Positions 24,341 to 26,751 of a DNA stretch of 26,751 nt are shown here, piece after piece. This DNA is from Phycisphaerales bacterium (GTDB taxonomy: Bacteria > Planctomycetota > Phycisphaerae > Phycisphaerales > UBA1924), in contig JBBDKK010000115.1 in assembly GCA_040879395.1 (NCBI GenBank), forward strand, positions 1-26,751, in the 5' to 3' direction. Position numbers and translations under genes: made by a program. The notes under the pieces are model-generated. The model saw nothing but the letters and a program-made list of their open reading frames with translations, was not told the DNA's origin and made no database searches. Position 1 is the stretch's first letter. The number at the start of each line of letters is the position of its first letter.

Positions 24341-24655
24341 TCAGCTGAGTTGGTCGTGTGCCCATTTCAGGTGCGCATGTAGGTCACTGCCAAACTCCGC
24401 ACCCATCAGCACATCGCGAAAATCCTGGTTTGCCTGATCGACCGCCCCGGCAAGCAGTGACAGCGATCCGGCCGCACCCTTGATACACGCGATCTGCACA
24501 CGCTCGCGCCCTGTGCCTTTCGGGTCATTGTCATTCCCGAACGGGCTGGGATATTCCGAGATGAGATAACAGGCTTCTGCCCTATCAGACTCACCAAAAA
24601 ATCGGTCAATCAGATCCCGGACGAGCGGCGTCAGATCGTGTTCGGAATCATGCAT
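24341..24655 (-). CDS. Small hypothetical protein (104 aa), lower GC
   Basis: Fills the gap between msrC and rluA; protein-like sequence (ERVQIACIK...A..D.RDVL.GAEF); about 57% GC by hand count over 24361-24660; TACCAT 5 nt before the ATG. Confidence 0.7.
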   Translation of the reverse strand: MHDSEHDLTPLVRDLIDRFFGESDRAEACYLISEYPSPFGNDNDPKGTGRERVQIACIKGAAGSLSLLAGAVDQANQDFRDVLMGAEFGSDLHAHLKWAHDQLS

Positions 24656-24660
24656 GTCTG

Positions 24661-24666
24661 ATGGTA
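24661..24666 (-). promoter_or_regulatory. Putative -10 hexamer (TACCAT) 5 nt before the ATG of the 104-aa gene
   Basis: Minus strand TACCAT-cagac-ATG, with no Shine-Dalgarno. Confidence 0.4.
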
Positions 24667-24708
24667 TATCGATCTCGCGGGATGTACATGGAACCGAACT
24701 CTATCTCC

Positions 24709-24739
24709 CCTGATGCCTGATCCCTGATCCCTGATGCCT
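24709..24739. repeat. Heptanucleotide tandem repeat (CCTGATS) x4.4
   Basis: CCTGATG CCTGATC CCTGATC CCTGATG CCT, directly after the rluA stop. Confidence 0.9.
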
Positions 24740-24744
24740 TCTTG

Positions 24745-25530
24745 CTAGAACGGGTCCGGGGCCTTGAAGGTCATCTGCGACCCCGTCACTGGGTGGTGGA
24801 TGGTGAGCATCGAGGCGTGGAGCATCAGCCGCTCGGCCGTGGGCGATTCGTTCGCCGGGTCGCCGTAGAGCTCATCGCCCACGATCGGTGCGCCCAGACC
24901 CGGTGTCTCATCGGGATTGATCTGGCCGAGCGTGCCCACCATGGTGACGCCCGGGTGGGCCGCGTGCACCCGCAGCTGGTGGGTGCGTCCGGTCTCGGGG
25001 AACATCTCCACGCGGGTCACCGGTCGCCCGCCGAGCATCTCGCGGGCCAACACATTGAACCGCGTGACCGAGGGCTTGCCCTGCACATAGTCCACCAGCA
25101 TCAGCGGCCGCACATCCATGTCCTTGCGCATCGGGCAGTTGACCACGCCGCTGTCCCGGTCCAGGTGCCCTTCGAGCAGCGCGATGTACCGTTTGAGCGT
25201 CTTGCGCTGCTCGAACTGCAGCGACAGGTTGCGGTGCGTCGCGGCGTCGAACGCCAGGATCATCACGCCCGAGGTCGACAGGTCCAGGCGGTGGCAGGTC
25301 ATCGGCCCCGTCGCCCCCGGGTACATCCGCTGGATCCGCGAACGCAGGCAATCCTGCTTCTCTGGCGCGATCCCGGGCACCGAGAGCAGCCCGGCGGGCT
25401 TGTCCACCACGATGAACCGCGGGTCTTCGTGGATCACACGCGGATCTCCCCGCGGCGGGCGGTACGCAAACAGCGGAACCGGCCCTTCATGGACGCGAGC
25501 AATCGGGTATTGAGACCTAGTATCAACCAT
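24745..25530 (-). CDS. rluA: RluA-family pseudouridine synthase
   Basis: VDKPAGLLSVPG, HRLDLSTSG (catalytic Asp), KRYIA, ETGRTHQLRVH, PIVGDELYG, LMLHA. Start set at ATG 25530; the longer ORF is antisense to the TolB-like gene. Confidence 0.92.
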   Translation of the reverse strand: MVDTRSQYPIARVHEGPVPLFAYRPPRGDPRVIHEDPRFIVVDKPAGLLSVPGIAPEKQDCLRSRIQRMYPGATGPMTCHRLDLSTSGVMILAFDAATHRNLSLQFEQRKTLKRYIALLEGHLDRDSGVVNCPMRKDMDVRPLMLVDYVQGKPSVTRFNVLAREMLGGRPVTRVEMFPETGRTHQLRVHAAHPGVTMVGTLGQINPDETPGLGAPIVGDELYGDPANESPTAERLMLHASMLTIHHPVTGSQMTFKAPDPF

Positions 25531-25537
25531 GAAAGTG

Positions 25538-25543
25538 AGTGTA
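25538..25543 (-). promoter_or_regulatory. Putative -10 hexamer (TACACT) 7 nt before the rluA ATG; probable leaderless promoter
   Basis: Minus strand TACACT-cactttc-ATG, with no Shine-Dalgarno. Confidence 0.45.
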
Positions 25544-25563
25544 GACCCGACTGGAGCTTTTCG

Positions 25564-26751
25564 ATGAATACCGCCCCCAACACCCGCAATGCCGCCCTCG
25601 TCGTGCTGGCGTGCATCACCGCCGCCATCAGCCCTGCCACCGCCCAAAACCAGGATCAGAGCCAGGATCAGAACCGGGAGCAGGACAATATCCTGACCCC
25701 CAACCCCGCCTGGGACACCGAGTGGCCCGAGCTCGAAGCCCCCTTCCTGAGCGACCACACCCAGCTCACTAGCGAAGAGGACTTCATCAAGGCCGGCGAG
25801 AGCTACTTCTCGCCCGATGGCAAGTTCATCATCTTCCAGGCGATCCCCGTCCCGCCCGAGGGCGAGGAGGCCGGGTCGCACTACTCGATGTATGTCGCCG
25901 CCGTGGAACGCGACGACGACGGGAACATCACCGGCCTGGGCACACCGGGCATGGTCTCAAGCCCCGGTTCCTCCAACACCTGCGGCTGGTTCCACCCGAC
26001 CGAACCCATGAAGATCCTCTTCGGCACCACCACCACCGCGCCCGGCGGCGAGGAGGTCGCCGGCTACCAGCGGGAGAACTCGCGGTACTCATGGCAGTTC
26101 CCCGTGGAGATGGACATCATGGCCGGCGAACTGGGTATGCACTTCGTGCTCACCGATGAGGCCGAAGATCGGGCTCGCGAGCACCAGAACCGGCTGCGAC
26201 AGGCGCAGGATGAGGACCCGGAGAACGCCCCCAAGCTCGATGTCTCGATGGACGACATCGTCTCGGTCCCGATGCTCAAAGAATCCTCGGTCCTCTGGGA
26301 GCGCGAAGGGTACGACGCCGAGGGCTCATGGTCGCCCGACGGCCGCTTCATCCTATATACACGACTGGAACCCGGCACCAGCAACGGCGACATCTGGGTC
26401 TACGACACCACCGATGAATCCCACACCGCCCTGGTCACCGCCGACGGCTACGACGGAGGGCCCTTCTTCTCGCCCGATGGCAAGTCCATCACCTACCGCT
26501 CCGACCGGCGCGGCGACAACCTCCTACAGGTCTTCGTTGCCCGGCTCGCCTTCGATGACGACGGCAAGATCACGGGCGTCGACGAGGAACTCCAGCTCAC
26601 CGACAACGAGCATGTCAACTGGTGTCCATTCTACACGCCGGACGGAAAATACCTGTTCTATGCCACCAGCGAGGTCAGCCACGGCAACTACGAGGTCTTC
26701 GCCATCGACGCCACCGGCGAGTACGAGCCCGAGCACACGCCCCGCATGCGC
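25564..26751 (+). CDS. Secreted TolB-like / PD40-repeat beta-propeller protein, 5' part (runs off the right edge)
   Basis: Manual translation from ATG 25564 (GGAG RBS) is open to the window end: signal peptide, then PD40 repeats AGESYFSPDGK, DAEGSWSPDGR, DGGPFFSPDGK, WCPFYTPDGK. Not in the ORF track. Confidence 0.92.
   Translation, partial: MNTAPNTRNAALVVLACITAAISPATAQNQDQSQDQNREQDNILTPNPAWDTEWPELEAPFLSDHTQLTSEEDFIKAGESYFSPDGKFIIFQAIPVPPEGEEAGSHYSMYVAAVERDDDGNITGLGTPGMVSSPGSSNTCGWFHPTEPMKILFGTTTTAPGGEEVAGYQRENSRYSWQFPVEMDIMAGELGMHFVLTDEAEDRAREHQNRLRQAQDEDPENAPKLDVSMDDIVSVPMLKESSVLWEREGYDAEGSWSPDGRFILYTRLEPGTSNGDIWVYDTTDESHTALVTADGYDGGPFFSPDGKSITYRSDRRGDNLLQVFVARLAFDDDGKITGVDEELQLTDNEHVNWCPFYTPDGKYLFYATSEVSHGNYEVFAIDATGEYEPEHTPRMR

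Noticed and set aside
25531-25881. 117-codon N-terminal extension of RluA in the ORF track
   Set aside because: Antisense to the well-supported TolB-like gene; ATG 25530 has a correctly spaced -10.
1-26751. CRISPR array, IS/transposase, integrase, prophage or known defence system
   Set aside because: No spaced direct repeats of 25-45 nt, terminal inverted repeats with a transposase, or recognisable phage/defence motifs were seen; RecQ here is the ordinary housekeeping type.

Overview
GC-rich bacterial chromosomal window (about 65-70% GC in most CDS), probably from a Phycisphaerales-type planctomycete; this is inferred from two secreted proteins carrying C-terminal 'GC-type' dockerin-like tags. 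Content, left to right: 5' part of PEP carboxylase (ppc, runs off the left edge and is missing from the ORF track); ankyrin protein, catalase and PfpI/DJ-1 (minus strand); recQ-GNAT (plus); a minus-strand nuoJKLMN-terC operon containing only the complex I membrane arm, with several enlarged subunits; pgsA-pgpA-dus; two secreted dockerin-tagged proteins (one of unknown function, one M64 metallopeptidase); a DUF1573-rhodanese-MauE/DoxX triad; a stand-alone rpsR with a structured leader; msrC-like GAF protein; a small lower-GC hypothetical gene; RluA; and the 5' part of a TolB/PD40 beta-propeller protein. No CRISPR array, tRNA, rRNA or mobile element was seen. Most interesting signals: (i) a Cys-motif DUF1573/rhodanese/MauE envelope module beside Cys-clasped dockerin-tagged secreted proteins; (ii) six genes with a TAnnnT hexamer 5-7 nt before the start codon and no Shine-Dalgarno (probable leaderless mRNAs); (iii) an S6:S18-motif-like leader in front of an orphan rpsR; (iv) extra domains on NuoJ and NuoM, including a low-GC NuoM tail, plus TerC at the end of the operon; (v) a PerR-like box and a 79-nt hairpin upstream of catalase. 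All family assignments come from motif recognition by eye; no database search was run.
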